From NCBI GenBank assembly GCA_964016885.1, contig CAXHJY010001450.1, positions 5,729-69,728 of the forward strand: DNA of 64,000 bases, written 5' to 3'. Position numbers and translations under genes: made by a program. Positions 46,894-61,075 of this stretch are shown here, in pieces (the stretch's first letter is position 1; every line of letters begins with the position of its first letter). The notes under the pieces are model-generated. The model was not told where the DNA came from. It was given only the letters and a program-made list of their open reading frames with translations, and searched no databases. Source of the DNA: Eledone cirrhosa (lineage: Eukaryota).

Positions 46894-47479
46894 ATGTATA
46901 TATATATATATATATGTGTATGTATGTATGTGTATGTGGATGTGTATGTATGCGTATGTGTGTACACATGGACTAGAGTATGTATGTATATATGTGTGTG
47001 TCTATACGTGTGTATATATAAAGATAAGTTGAGTATGAAAATGTATACACATGAGCGCGTATGTATGTACATGAATACATGTGTGTATATATATGTGTAT
47101 GCATGTGTATATATATGTAAGTATGAATATGTGAATTGTGAGTATATGTATTTTGTAGAGGTGTGCAAATATATTTGTGTGTGAATGCGTGGGTGAAAGA
47201 ATACGTACACTTGAAAGAAAAATTTAAGTCTGAATGTTAAGTGCAAACACAAAACCAACCACGCATATCTTTACTATCTCTAATCCTTCTATAGATTTAG
47301 AAAAATAACCAATAATATATTCCATAAAAAATGTCAAAACAACAGATGGGAATCTAATTACTCACTGCCACCAAGAATTCTCACTGCTATCGAAAAACCA
47401 CTCCTTCAACTATTCTTCTAACAACTTCACCCCTCCCTCCTAATATTCTCTATAAAAACTAAATAGGTCCTCAGTAATA

Positions 47480-47596
47480 TTATTCTGATGAAATGACAGT
47501 AAATAATAACATTGAAATATTGAATGTCTGCATAACTAAAAGTTTGTAGATAGCTGTTTTAGGTTATGTAACTGTTATAGAAACACGTGTCAATAA
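47480..47596 (+). ncRNA. Hammerhead ribozyme with extended helix II (mirror copy 45236-45352 on -)
   Basis: TTATT-CTGATGA-aATGACAGT[70 nt]ACTGTTATa-GAAAC-ACGT-GTC^AATAA. Confidence 0.8.
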
Positions 47597-47630
47597 ATTC
47601 CTTTCAACTAAACTGTATCCATTCAAATCT

Positions 47631-47673
<43 letters not shown>

Positions 47674-49369
47674 CAGAGAGAGAGATGTGGAATTATTAAG
47701 AAGGACCAAATGTTTCCCCACTCTCGGTGGGTTAACGGTGGAGTAGTAATCTGAACGTTTGCATCCAATGATGTAGTGAAGTTCTACTTTTTGGCTAAAT
47801 GCATCCGCTATTCAGAGAGTTGTATTTGCCCCGTGCAAAGCCTTTCTTCAGTTAAAAAAGCTTCAAGTACAGGCATCGCTTGCTATGTGACTATGTTTGC
47901 GATGCATGGCATGGCTGGTCCGTGATGCTCCTGCTTAAGTATCAAATCGAGCTACACCCATCATCATATATGTATGCATACATGTGTGTGTATGTCTAAA
48001 TGTATATATATTCCATTATATTTTATGCACCATTTGCCTTCATATCCTTTTGTTATCTGCACTTCAATGGACATCCTTTTGAAAGAATATACCTGTCTTT
48101 AGTAGACATCTCCCTTCACCCTAGTTTTGTCACCGTGACCAGAGTTTGCACCAGATGCTCCTGACCAAGATTAGTCTATTTAGATGTGTTTTCTGTTAAG
48201 TAACTATGAATTAATATTTGAAGCTTTCATCTTACTGTAGGCTGGGAAATATAACGGTTTTATTTTCAGTCAATTAACGTAAAACGATTTTTATTATGTA
48301 TTTACTCCTTTATTCTTTTTTTACTTCACTATACATTTTATAAATAATACAAATCTGGGTGGAGTTTGCATAGTTTTTAGTTTAATCGAGAATTCGGTTT
48401 TCGATTTTTTTGTAGAAGTGCTTTAGAAAATACAGGATATTCAACGAAAGATGAAACGAAAAAATATTGAAAGGCAGTATATAATAAAAACCCTACCTCT
48501 CAACTTATTCTACCTTCATTACGATATTCAACAATTAATATATATCCCTTTACTGTCCACTTGAAATAGGTTTTACCGTTTAATAACTGCACTACTGTAT
48601 TCACATGACTTCTAACTCTCAAGTAATAAAAGATTCTTTCATGTAATATCCTGGCATGGAGATTGAAAACAAAGTTGAATTTAATAGAAGCTAGTCGCAT
48701 AATATTTCATTCTCTTAAATTCGATAATGAATTTATAATGCTTTGGAAATAAGTGCTTAGTGTTATATAATCCAACATATTATCAATATATATTACAAAT
48801 TGTCTCTCTTTTGTTTTCCACCATCTTTGAAGATCTACTGAAGGCTGATAATAGTTCCTATTTATTTGATGTTGAATCAAATGCTGCTTTTATTAATGTC
48901 TCGAAAGATGTGTTTCGTTTGAAATCTTAGGACAAAGTTTTTCATAAATTTTTTCATGGATGTTGATAGATAGAATACATTAAAAAGGACTAAATATATT
49001 ACGTTAGTTAATGCTGCTTTCAAACTTGTCAAGACGCACGTAATTTTTCACACGGATGTCTAAAAAATTAGATTAACCTCGGTATAAGTCATATACAGAA
49101 GCAGAGGGCGTTCTATAGTTGTAGGAATTTGTAAAGAGAGGGAGCGGAATATCACTCGTATGACGAGTGATTCTTTGCCAAATATATCGTTATTTTGCAT
49201 ATGAACAAGAATGTTTGTATATCTATTAGCAACCTCTTCCCAGATACATTACGTGTATCATGGTACATTGATTTCAATATATAATCATATATTTGTTATG
49301 AAATAATCACAAAATATCTAAATAGGTTTCTTTACTTCTACAGAAAGTATATGTATATATACATAACCT

Positions 49370-49421
<52 letters not shown>

Positions 49422-50524
49422 GTTTCTACTTTTGGCACAAGGCCAACAATTATATCAGTGTATTACTGGAGCTTTATTTTATCGACCCCGTAAGGATGAA
49501 AGGCAAAGTTAACCTCGGCGGGATTTGAACACAGACCATAAAGGACCGTAACTCTTTGCTGCAAAGCATGACGTCCGACCCTCTACCGATACTGCCAATC
49601 CACCGCCATATATAATATGATATGTAAACAATAAGCATAACCTACTCACTCTTATTCAATATCGACATATGATTTGAAACTCGTGATTCTACTAGTCAGT
49701 TTAAATTTTATTGATTGCTAAAATACTTGGAATTCCTTGAATTATTATCGGATACTATCAGAAAGCTAAGCGGCGAATTGGCACAGAGTCCGTAGAACCT
49801 CGGATAGAATGCTTTGCTGTATTCGTTCTGAATCTCTGCTCTCTGAGTTCAAATCCCACCGAGATCAAGTTAAAAATGTACTAGTCTAGAATTGGGTTTA
49901 TTCTTTCCCTGTATCTCTTTTCTCCCATTCTCTAACTTTCTCTGGAAGTAAACTGTTGTATTCAGATCTGGCGAAGAGATGGGCTTGATAGGATTATAAA
50001 ATGCCCTTTGTATTTAGAAAAATATTAGAGAATATCTTTCAACAGTATAAACACTTTTATTATTCTCTGTAGATAGGAATAGTGGAAATATTTTAACTCT
50101 CAATTCAATAATTCACAGCGAGGTTTATATATTTAATGAAGACATGACTATGTTCGATTTTAATCTTTTTATTCCAATTTTTTAAAAATATTTTCTTATG
50201 GGTTCCTTATACTCAGGAAGAATAGCATTCCTAAAACCATTAGTTCATCTCAGCCTCATCATTTGTATGAAATGGAAAACTCCCGATTATCCTACCATTG
50301 TTAACAATATACCCTTCTTTGGTGGAACTGAGAAGGTATTGATTCCTTAATGGACTAAAGGATTTGGGAATACTATTGTTCCAAACTAACACAAAGAACT
50401 ATTGAGGAAATATGAAAAATTGTTAATAAATAAGGAATAAATTCAAACCCAGTTGTGTGTCTAATATAACATGTTTGAAAGGAATGGTGTTCTCCATTTG
50501 CACACACACACACACACACATATA

Positions 50525-50585
<61 letters not shown>

Positions 50586-51191
50586 ATATATATAGAGAGA
50601 GAGAGAGTGGGAAACAGGGAAGAAAGAAAAATAGAAGGGGAGAGTGAGACAGGCGTACAATATGAGAGAGTTATCACTCATAAGAATTCTCTTTATCTGT
50701 TGAATGAAAATTCCATGAATATCTATCACAAAGAACATAAGAACACAAATAATATATTATATATATATATATATATATGCATTATTATATACATATTAAT
50801 ATGTATACATACATATATATGTGTGTGTGTGTTTAAAAAAATTCCAACATCGTTGTGTACAATAATGTCTTGTTAAAGGAAAAGAAATTTAACGCAAATA
50901 TCTGCTGCATGGCTTTGTTCTGTTTAATTCCAGGAGTTCTTTGGATCTTTGGAAACGTGTAGAAAAGACAGAGTGAACTTTCAATAAGATCATTTCTTTC
51001 CTCTTCCAATTTCTTTCACTGACAATTCGATATGAATTCTATGGAAGTCAGTCTATCCATCCATCCATCTCTCTCTCTCATATATATATATTCTTCTATC
51101 TAGCTGTCTATTTATCAATCTTTTCTTTCTATCTGTTTTTCTGTGTGTTTGTGTGTCTGTCTTCGTCTCCGGTTCTCCTTATTTACTCCAC

Positions 51192-51223
<32 letters not shown>

Positions 51224-51786
51224 AATATATGTGTGTGTGTGTGTGTGTGTATTGAAAAACATCCAATGATTTCAGCTGATTGTGTGGGAATTATATCGAG
51301 CTTATCTTATTGGCTTCAGAAGCAAAATCAATCACGTAGCGGATCGTAATAACAATAGCTACTTTCGTACTATCCACAAATTTTGCAACCCAAGGTATAC
51401 ACACACGCACACATATACACACAATGTAGTCCTCCTTTTAGCAAGGGACGCACCCGTGTAAGCGATCAAAGAACCACGTCTGCTTCCGCCTATATTGTAT
51501 GACGTCATGAATGTGAAAACTGTGGAGGAGTTTGTATTTCATTGTCAGGTATTCGTACTATACTCCTCCGCAACGAAACATTCCCCTCAAAAAATGAAAC
51601 CCAAACATATCAACGAAACAAGTGCGAAACAAGTGCTATTCGTAAAATGTTTGAAGCCGTTAGACTAAAACAGTAAATAAAAAAAGGTTAGAGTCAGCAA
51701 ATATGGCAGGTTTCAAATAAGTGTGTCCTTACCCTAAGTGCATAAAGGTCGTCTGCTCCATACAAAGCTTGACCATTTCTTGCACT

Positions 51787-52145
51787 TTATGTGTGTTCCT
51801 TCCTGCCATGAGATCTCAAATGGCTTTCAAGTCCTGAAAGCATGTGAAAGACTTGTTCACAAATAATTGTTTCTACTTTTGGCACAAGGCCAGCAATTAC
51901 CCAGTACATTACTGGTACTTTATTTTATCGAACCCGTAAGGATGAAAGGCAAAGTTAACCTCGACGGGATTTGAGCTCAAACCACAGATAATACAATGGT
52001 GTCTCATTGCTTTCTTGTTTCCACTTTTAGTTTGCTTATTGTGTATGTTCAGATGTCGCTTCAATCCATTACATGATTTACAAATCTTCTGGCAAACACG
52101 GCAAAATACATTTATAGAGATAATACTACTTGAGGTTAGTGTCAA
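51787..52145 (-). pseudogene. Two C2H2 zinc fingers (probable RTE-clade LINE C-terminus) split by a SINE at 51868-51982
   Basis: CRVCQKICKSCNGLKRHLNIH, then CIIC|SINE|EQVFHMLSGLESHLRSH...*. TSD caca(a/g)ataat. Confidence 0.65.
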
Positions 52146-52549
52146 TATGAAATATCACATTTGGTAAATTAACTCTTGAACAATTTCTGAAGAATGATAA
52201 TCTTTATAAATGCATTCCAAGAACACTTATATACACACACGACAAGGTCCCACACATGGAGTATAGGGAGCAGAAAAACTTCAATCGACTAAGATTATCC
52301 AAGCAATTAATGAGTAAAGACTCACCCTGAGGATGTCTAACATCGGGTACATATTAATAATATTGACTATTATCAATTTCCTCAATTTCCTACATTGATG
52401 TGGATCACAGAATCAGTAGAGCGACGTATAAAATATCTTGCAGGAATGAAAATTCTCTTCATTCGAATTTCGTTGAGAGTCAATTAAGTTATACATCGTT
52501 TCAAAGTAGATAAAGCAAGTACAAGATAACTACGACTTTTAATCAACCA

Positions 52550-52620
<71 letters not shown>

Positions 52621-52869
52621 ATGTGTGTGTGTGTGTATACATATATATATATATATATATATATGTGAGAAAAACCACAGACCCTCCATCTCAACTCACC
52701 TTTTAAAAAGCAGAAGAACTGCGAAACCGGTAAAGGAACCAAATAAATATATATATTAAAAAAAAAAATAAGACTCCAGTTGCATTTTCGATTTCATCGC
52801 TTTTTCTTTATACTTTCACTCGTGTAGGACACCTCGGTTAGTTTTCATTTTGTAAAAAAAACCTCACTT

Positions 52870-52920
<51 letters not shown>

Positions 52921-53119
52921 AAAAGTAAACAGAAGTAACAACACAATCGGTACAGTATATGGAAGGGATATATTAGGGAGAGAGAGAGAGAGAGAGAGAG
53001 ATTTATAGAGAGAGGGACAGACAAATATTTTTTTCTTTCATGGCGAGACATCATGTGTTTATTGTACACAAACAAATCATCTATGTTCTGATATTCACCT
53101 CTATTATGCACAACGCTAT

Positions 53120-53181
<62 letters not shown>

Positions 53182-53189
<8 letters not shown>

Positions 53190-53458
53190 GTGAGGATTGT
53201 CCTACACGAGTGAAAGTATAAAGAAAAAAAGATAAAATCGAAAATGCAACTGGAGTCTCATTTAAAAATATATATATATATTTATTTGGTTCCTTTACCG
53301 GTTTCGCAGTTCTTCTGCTTTTCAAAAGTAGGGTTGAGATAGAGGGTCTGTGGTTTTTCTCACATCTGCGAAACCGGTAAAGGAACCAAATAAATATATA
53401 TATTTTTTTAAAAATAAGACTCCAGTTGCATTTTCGATTTCATCTTTTTTTCTTTATA
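53182..53458. mobile_element. Fold-back family G (second copy 52664-52874 +)
   Basis: Arms at about 53217-53309 and 53366-53458; variant HHR at 53293-53328 (-). Confidence 0.75.
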
Positions 53459-53596
53459 TATATATATGCATATGAATCACAATTTAATGTGTATATTCAC
53501 ACCATTTAAATCATTCTTAAAAGGTTAGACATATAAAATGTAGTAGGGCATTGAAATATTAAATACAATTGATCACATAAACACAGACATAACTAC

Positions 53597-53675
<79 letters not shown>

Positions 53676-54137
53676 TACATATATATATATATACATATAT
53701 GTATGCGTGTTTATATATAAATATATATGATAAATACAATGCATGGCCAATACTTTAAACTTGATATTACTCTCGCTACCCCCTTCAACAAATTCGTTTA
53801 ACACTTTTAAAGGGAAGTAAAACTACTTAAGATTTATTTCTGTGGAGGTACGCAACAGAGATAAAGCTGATAGTCCGTGGCGTCATGTGACAGGTGGTAA
53901 TATTTATTACAGTAAGAAGTATATAGGGAAAAATGTCGCACTTCCCATATCGTCAAGATATCACAGGTCAAATGTAGGTCTATCTCGCTTATATATTTAA
54001 GTATGTTTTATGTATATCCGTATGTATGTCCGTATATAAGGATATATATATATATATGTATATACATATATACATATATATACATATATATAAACATATA
54101 TATACATACATATATATACATATATATATACATATAT

Positions 54138-54168
<31 letters not shown>

Positions 54169-54276
54169 AATATATATACATACATGTATATATATAAATA
54201 TATATACATACATGTATATATATATATATGTATATACATTCATATATATATATAATATATATAAACATATACACGC

Positions 54277-54322
<46 letters not shown>

Positions 54323-54762
54323 TAAACATATACATGCATATATATATATATATATAATATATACATGCATATATATATATATAATATATATAAATATATA
54401 CATGCATATATATATATATATATAATATATACATGCATATATATATATATATAATATATATATAAACATATACATGCATATATATATATATAATATATAT
54501 AAACATACATGCATATATATATATATAATATATATAAACATACATGCATATATATATATATATAAGTATATATAAATATATATATATATATATACATACA
54601 TACATAAATATATATATATATATATATATACATACATAAATATATATATATATAATATATATAAACATACATGCATATATATATATATATAAGTATATAT
54701 AAATATATATATATATATATACATACATACATAAATATATATATATATATATATATACATAC

Positions 54763-54797
<35 letters not shown>

Positions 54798-55163
54798 CAT
54801 AAATATATATATATATACATAAATATATATATACATGTATACATATGTATATATATTTATATATATTAATGTATATTAATATATACATGTATATAAATAT
54901 ATATATATATATATATAAATATATATATATATACACATAAATATATATATATATATATATACACATAAATATATATATATATATATATATACACATAAAT
55001 ATATATATATATATATATATACACATAAATATATATATATATATATATATACACATAAATGTAGACATATACACATATGTGCATATATATACATATATAC
55101 AAATGTGTACATATGTATATATATACACATGTATAATGTATATATATATATATACACACATAA

Positions 55164-55222
<59 letters not shown>

Positions 55223-55296
55223 TAGACATATACACAGACATGCATATATATACATATATACAAATGTGTATATATGTATATATATACACATGTATA

Positions 55297-55335
<39 letters not shown>

Positions 55336-55360
55336 AATATATATATATATACATATATAA

Positions 55361-55403
<43 letters not shown>

Positions 55404-55414
55404 TATATATATGC

Positions 55415-55445
<31 letters not shown>

Positions 55446-55532
55446 TATATATATGCATATATATATACATCTATACATATATATATATATATATATACAT
55501 CTATACATATATATATATATATACATCTATAC

Positions 55533-55589
<57 letters not shown>

Positions 55590-55712
55590 CATCTATACAT
55601 ATATATATATAAACATATATACATATATATATACATATATACATATATATATACATATATACATCTATACATATATATATATACATACATATATATATAC
55701 ATATATACATCT

Positions 55713-55746
<34 letters not shown>

Positions 55747-55788
55747 CAACACCACAAACACAGAGCTGGCATATCTAAGAACTGACCA

Positions 55789-55844
55789 ACCGCCTGATGA
55801 GGTCATAGCCATTTAATGGCTATCATCGAAATATATATAGCAGT
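55789..55844 (+). ncRNA. Minimal hammerhead ribozyme in a ~145-bp insert within (TA)n
   Basis: ACCGC-CTGATGA-GGTc ATAGCCAT tta ATGGCTAT cATC-GAAA-TATATA-TA^GCAGT. Confidence 0.7.
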
Positions 55845-55890
55845 AAATAAATGATTATGAGTTCATGCAATTGACTTGTTTCGTCACTAA

Positions 55891-56023
<133 letters not shown>

Positions 56024-56220
56024 CATCTATACATATGTATATACATGTATATGTATATACATATATATATATGAATATACATAGATACATGAATACATAT
56101 ATATATATATATATATATAAATATTTATAAATGTATATGTACATGAATACATATATGTATACATATATATATATATATACAAGTACACATATATAAATAT
56201 ATATACATATATATATATAA

Positions 56221-56251
<31 letters not shown>

Positions 56252-56252
56252 A

Positions 56253-56283
<31 letters not shown>

Positions 56284-56301
56284 AATATATATATATACAT
56301 A

Positions 56302-56334
<33 letters not shown>

Positions 56335-56397
56335 CATACATACACATATACATATATATATTATATATATATATATATACATACATACACATATACA

Positions 56398-56439
<42 letters not shown>

Positions 56440-56507
56440 CATACATACATATATATATATAATATTAAATCATAAATTTATTTCAATTCATATACATCTA
56501 CATGTAG

Positions 56508-56549
<42 letters not shown>

Positions 56550-56933
56550 CATATTTATAAATTCAGATACAAGTGCATGTATACATATATATTTTTAGGT
56601 AAATATATATGATTTTATATCCATATTTACATATATAAATATTATATAATTTAATATATGTATACATATATATATAGGTACATGTATATATATATAAATA
56701 TATATACTTACATACATGTATACATATATATATATATATATAAATATATATACATATATACATGTATACATATATATATATATGTATAAAAATATATGTA
56801 CATATATACATGTATATATACACACAAGTATAAATCTATAAAGATATATACATACATGAATACATATTTATATATATATATATCTGTACATGTATACTAA
56901 TATATATAATATATATATATATATATAATATTG

Positions 56934-56964
<31 letters not shown>

Positions 56965-57286
56965 CAATATTATATATATATATAATATATATATAATATT
57001 GTACATATATATATGAGTATTTTGTATATATATATATATATATATATGAGTTTTTCAAATATCAATAATTGTTTCTACTTTAGGCACAAGGCCAGCAAAT
57101 ACCTAGTGCATTACTGGTACTTTATTTTATCGACTCCGTAAGGATGAAAGGCAAAGTCAACCTCGGCGGGATTTGAACTCACATCGTAAAGGGACGTAAC
57201 TATGCTGAAAAGCATGGCGTCCGACCCTCTACCGATGTATATATATAGACATATAGAAATTTGATAGATTTCGGCCAATATATATA

Positions 57287-57325
<39 letters not shown>

Positions 57326-58269
57326 TTATACCCGATCAAACTAAAATATACACACTGAAAAAAGATACAAAACCCTTCTCTTGCTTTTCTAACCCCCCCC
57401 CCCCCCCCGGCATGTTGTACATGTCTTCGTGTCTGTTCCTCTCATTCACTTACAACTTTCTTGTTGTCACATTATCTTTTCCCTTTTCCCCTTACCCCGC
57501 CATATTCCTTTCCCCCGACACAATTGCAATCAACTGAAGCGTTCTATGAAGGACCCTACCCGAAAGTATGATAACCTCCTACACACAATTAACAAGAAAA
57601 ACCAGTAATCACCTTTCTCTCACAAATACACTGCCAACTAACACACCGACCAACCAATCCCTCAGTCAACTAACAAGCTAAACAACCAACCGAACAGCTA
57701 CCGAAAGTTTGTGTTAGAGTGCATGTTACATGGACTTCCGTCGGTTTCGACGACCACCGTTCCAATGTTTTGATTAGAGGAACGGTATACTCGTTAAATT
57801 AACATATATGTGGTATCTATGCTAAGAAATGACTAAAATTTAAAGGTATGGAACTATTATTTATATTCTAACATATTAATGATAATTGTTTCTACTTTTG
57901 GCACAATGCCAGCAATTATCTCAGTGTATTACTGGTACTTTATTTTATCAACCCCGTAAGGATGAAAGGCAAAGTTAACCTCGGCTGGATTTGAACTCAG
58001 ATTATAAAGGGCCGTAACTCTATGCTACAAAGCATAAGCAAGCCAATTTTGAAAGTATGAATGTCATTGAATATTCCATGGAAATAAATACACTTAACGT
58101 AAATTCTTCTGGACGTTGAACGTGCTACACAGTGTGACCAAACTGGCACTTTGTACTACAGGTACACGCCATCCGACAGGCTTCAAATAATAATCTGTCA
58201 ACATAATGGGTGAATTTTTGGCCAGAATGGTCCATATGAGGGGGTCTACTCTGATCATGCGCCTGTTGG

Positions 58270-58478
58270 CTGGTGTATTTTAAGGAGGAGAGGGGGTGTC
58301 CTTCCCAGGTGCCCTCGAAGGGTGGTCCAGGATTGGTGGGGTACCTGAATCAACCCTGGGTTGTAGTATTTTTCTTGTTTGTTATTGTTTTCCTATTTTT
58401 TACTCGATTTTTGTCCCCGTCTATTGTATTACCCCCTATATGTCGGCCCTTGTGACCAATAAATAAATGAAACCATAA
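58270..58478 (+). mobile_element. Possible LINE 3' end
   Basis: GC-rich then T-rich segment ending in AATAAA; no coding motif recognised. Confidence 0.25.
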
Positions 58479-59322
58479 TTATCTTTATAAGGCTTATCTT
58501 TATAAGGCTCATTAGAAACCCTGTCAAAATACCGTCCTATCCGAGTCTCTCATCTACACTGTTAAACTGAAGTATTATGATGAAGGAGCCTCCCTCATAA
58601 ATTCAGTTTTCTTTGTCTATTTTCTTTAATGAAATTTTGTAATATCGGCAGCCAAGAAACATAACACCCACTACTAACAAGGGCTTCTTTCCATAAAATC
58701 AATTAGCCAAAATGAGCCAAAATGACCTCCCATTCCCCATCCCCAAACGGTTACTATCATTGTTTTGGTTAAGGTTGTGACCTTTTTTATTTCTAGAGGG
58801 CCTCGCTTGAACAATGCTATTCTATGTATTCCCTTTTGCAGATACTCATACTTAAACGACCTTATTTTCATCTCTTATTGCAAAGCAATGAATATCTTTT
58901 TCCTTTGACATAAGGGATCCCCGAATTCTTGCAGAAGTTCATTTTTCGTTTCCATATGTTAGGAATAATTCATATAGTGCTCAATGAAGTAGAAAATCTC
59001 GTATAGATATAATCCATACAAAATTCGATTTCAGTTGTAGGAAAACCTTCTTGATGATAACCTTTTGGAATCTTTGAATAACATCAACCCTTCAAGAGTA
59101 GAAGGTATCACTACCAATCATTCTTTTTAGTGTTCTCACAGTTGGGAAGGGTATGGAGGAGATGAGGGAGAAACGCACTCAATGCTACCAAGAGAGTTGA
59201 GAAAATAATCAAGCGTACAATGTTATACCTACCCTCCACCTAAAAAGATATTCACATATAGTGTAGCCAGAACTATCTATCAAAGATTGAGTTGTACAGT
59301 CACTAAAGTCACTTTTGTAACG

Positions 59323-59790
59323 CTAAACACCGCCAGTTGCAGAGTGCGCATTAACATGTGATATCTCTCTCCACAAAGTTCGATCACCAGCAGTAGAGTT
59401 CAAAGAGCAAAGATCAAGTCCAGTCCATGAGTTGACATTGTCAAGACATCGTTTTGGCTGCCGGCCTCTGTTTCTCTTACCAGCCAACCTTCCTTCCAGG
59501 AATATATAATACCTTTCGATCACCACCAGCAGAGTTCAAAGAACAAAGATCAAGTCCAGTCCATGAGTTGACATTGTCAAGACATCGTTTTGGCTGCCGG
59601 CCTCTGTTTCTCTTACCAGCCAACCTTCCTTCCAGGAATATATAATACCTTTCGATCACCACCAGCAGAGTTCAAAGAGCAAAGATCATGTCCAGTCCAT
59701 GAGTTGACATTGTGAAGCCATCGTTTTGGCTGCCGGCTTCTGCTTCTCTTACCAGCCAACCTTCCTTCTAGGCATAACCTACTCACACCA
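59323..59790 (-). mobile_element. RTE (BovB-like) C-terminal fragment, tandemly triplicated with a 136-bp unit
   Basis: LEGRLAGKRNRGRQPKR(C/W)LDNV..WTG...DR.LWR. Units start at 59379, 59515 and 59651. Confidence 0.8.
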
Positions 59791-59864
59791 CGATTAAATA
59801 ACAAGATGGTCACCCTCGAATTTCGATGGACGATCATGAGCAAACAAGAGCGAATATCTCTCTC

Positions 59865-59929
<65 letters not shown>

Positions 59930-60066
59930 ATACGCGCAGGTATATACGCACGTGAGCATATGGGCGAGCACACGAAATGAAAGCAATACCTAATATAGGG
60001 TGCATTCATTAATTCGAAACCAAAGTTTTACCCTGTCGCTGCTCCGAACTTCCCTTCCACTGACGA

Positions 60067-60138
<72 letters not shown>

Positions 60139-60727
60139 GTATATATACGCGCGTGTATAAATATATGTATATATATACACACACACCCATATATATATAT
60201 ATATATAATTAATCAAAACAATAAAGAAAAGAGTAATGCTAGAGGAGGTGTCTTAATCTTGCTTGCCAAGAAAGCCTGCTGTTTACCGGTTAACAAACCA
60301 TCTGTGCGGGAAAAAAATCGAGTCGACCCTGGCGCTTTTTTTTTTGTCAGTCCAGCTGCCTAGTCCTACATATACGTTAATTCCCCCAAACCTCTTTCAT
60401 TGCTTCCATCAATGCACACTACCACCACTACCACTACTACTACTACTACTACTATTGACAGTGACATCAAAATCTACAACCACAACCACAACTACAATTT
60501 CATCAGATCCACCATCTTTAATACTTACACCGCCGCCAACATAACCAGCGACAGACAACTTTTGATAATAATAATAAATAATAATAAATAATAATAATAA
60601 TAATAATAATAAATAATGATATCAATTCCACTATTTCCACTGTTTCAATACCACCGCCACTACATCACCCCCCCCCCTACATCAACCACAAAATTATAAC
60701 CGTTATTATTTCTACGCTCGCTACTAG

Positions 60728-60781
<54 letters not shown>

Positions 60782-61018
60782 AATAAATAAATAATCATCA
60801 GCATCACGAAGAAAACCACAACAACCACGACCACCTCAATTTCTATCAACATTACCACTGAGAAAAACCGCAATCACCACGAGACAGCAATGGAGACTCA
60901 ATGTGATCGCTTACCTTGCTAAAAATAATAGCGAAATCTCCTACAAATCATACCACACTCCATCGTCTTAGAAAGAAAAAGAAAAACCCGGCTATTTCAA
61001 TGAATCTTCTTCGCCATA

Positions 61019-61075
61019 CTCCGGGTAACGCCTTCTCAATTCTGTCCGTTGGGGTCACGAGGTGACCAGCGCTTG
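61019..61075 (+). mobile_element. Short CRE-like 3' remnant
   Basis: GNAFSILSVG matches the end of the 1527-1797 element. Confidence 0.45.

Larger units (their letters stand above)
45086..47636. mobile_element. 5'-truncated Penelope-like element with inverted pseudo-LTR
   Basis: Arms at 45196-46210 and 46628-47636 are near-identical. The 417-bp spacer holds an endonuclease remnant, there is a tail at 45086-45195, each arm has an HHR, and both flanks are (TA)n. Confidence 0.85.

Noticed and set aside
52320-52350. CTGAGGA plus hairpin as a hammerhead (also 16512-16570, 25520-25570 and 57535-57575)
   Set aside because: GAAA or helix I pairing is missing, or the core is broken.
60905-61015. Minus-strand exon ending at an AAG|GTAAG donor
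   Set aside because: All three frames have stops, so it could only be a non-coding exon, and nothing supports that.
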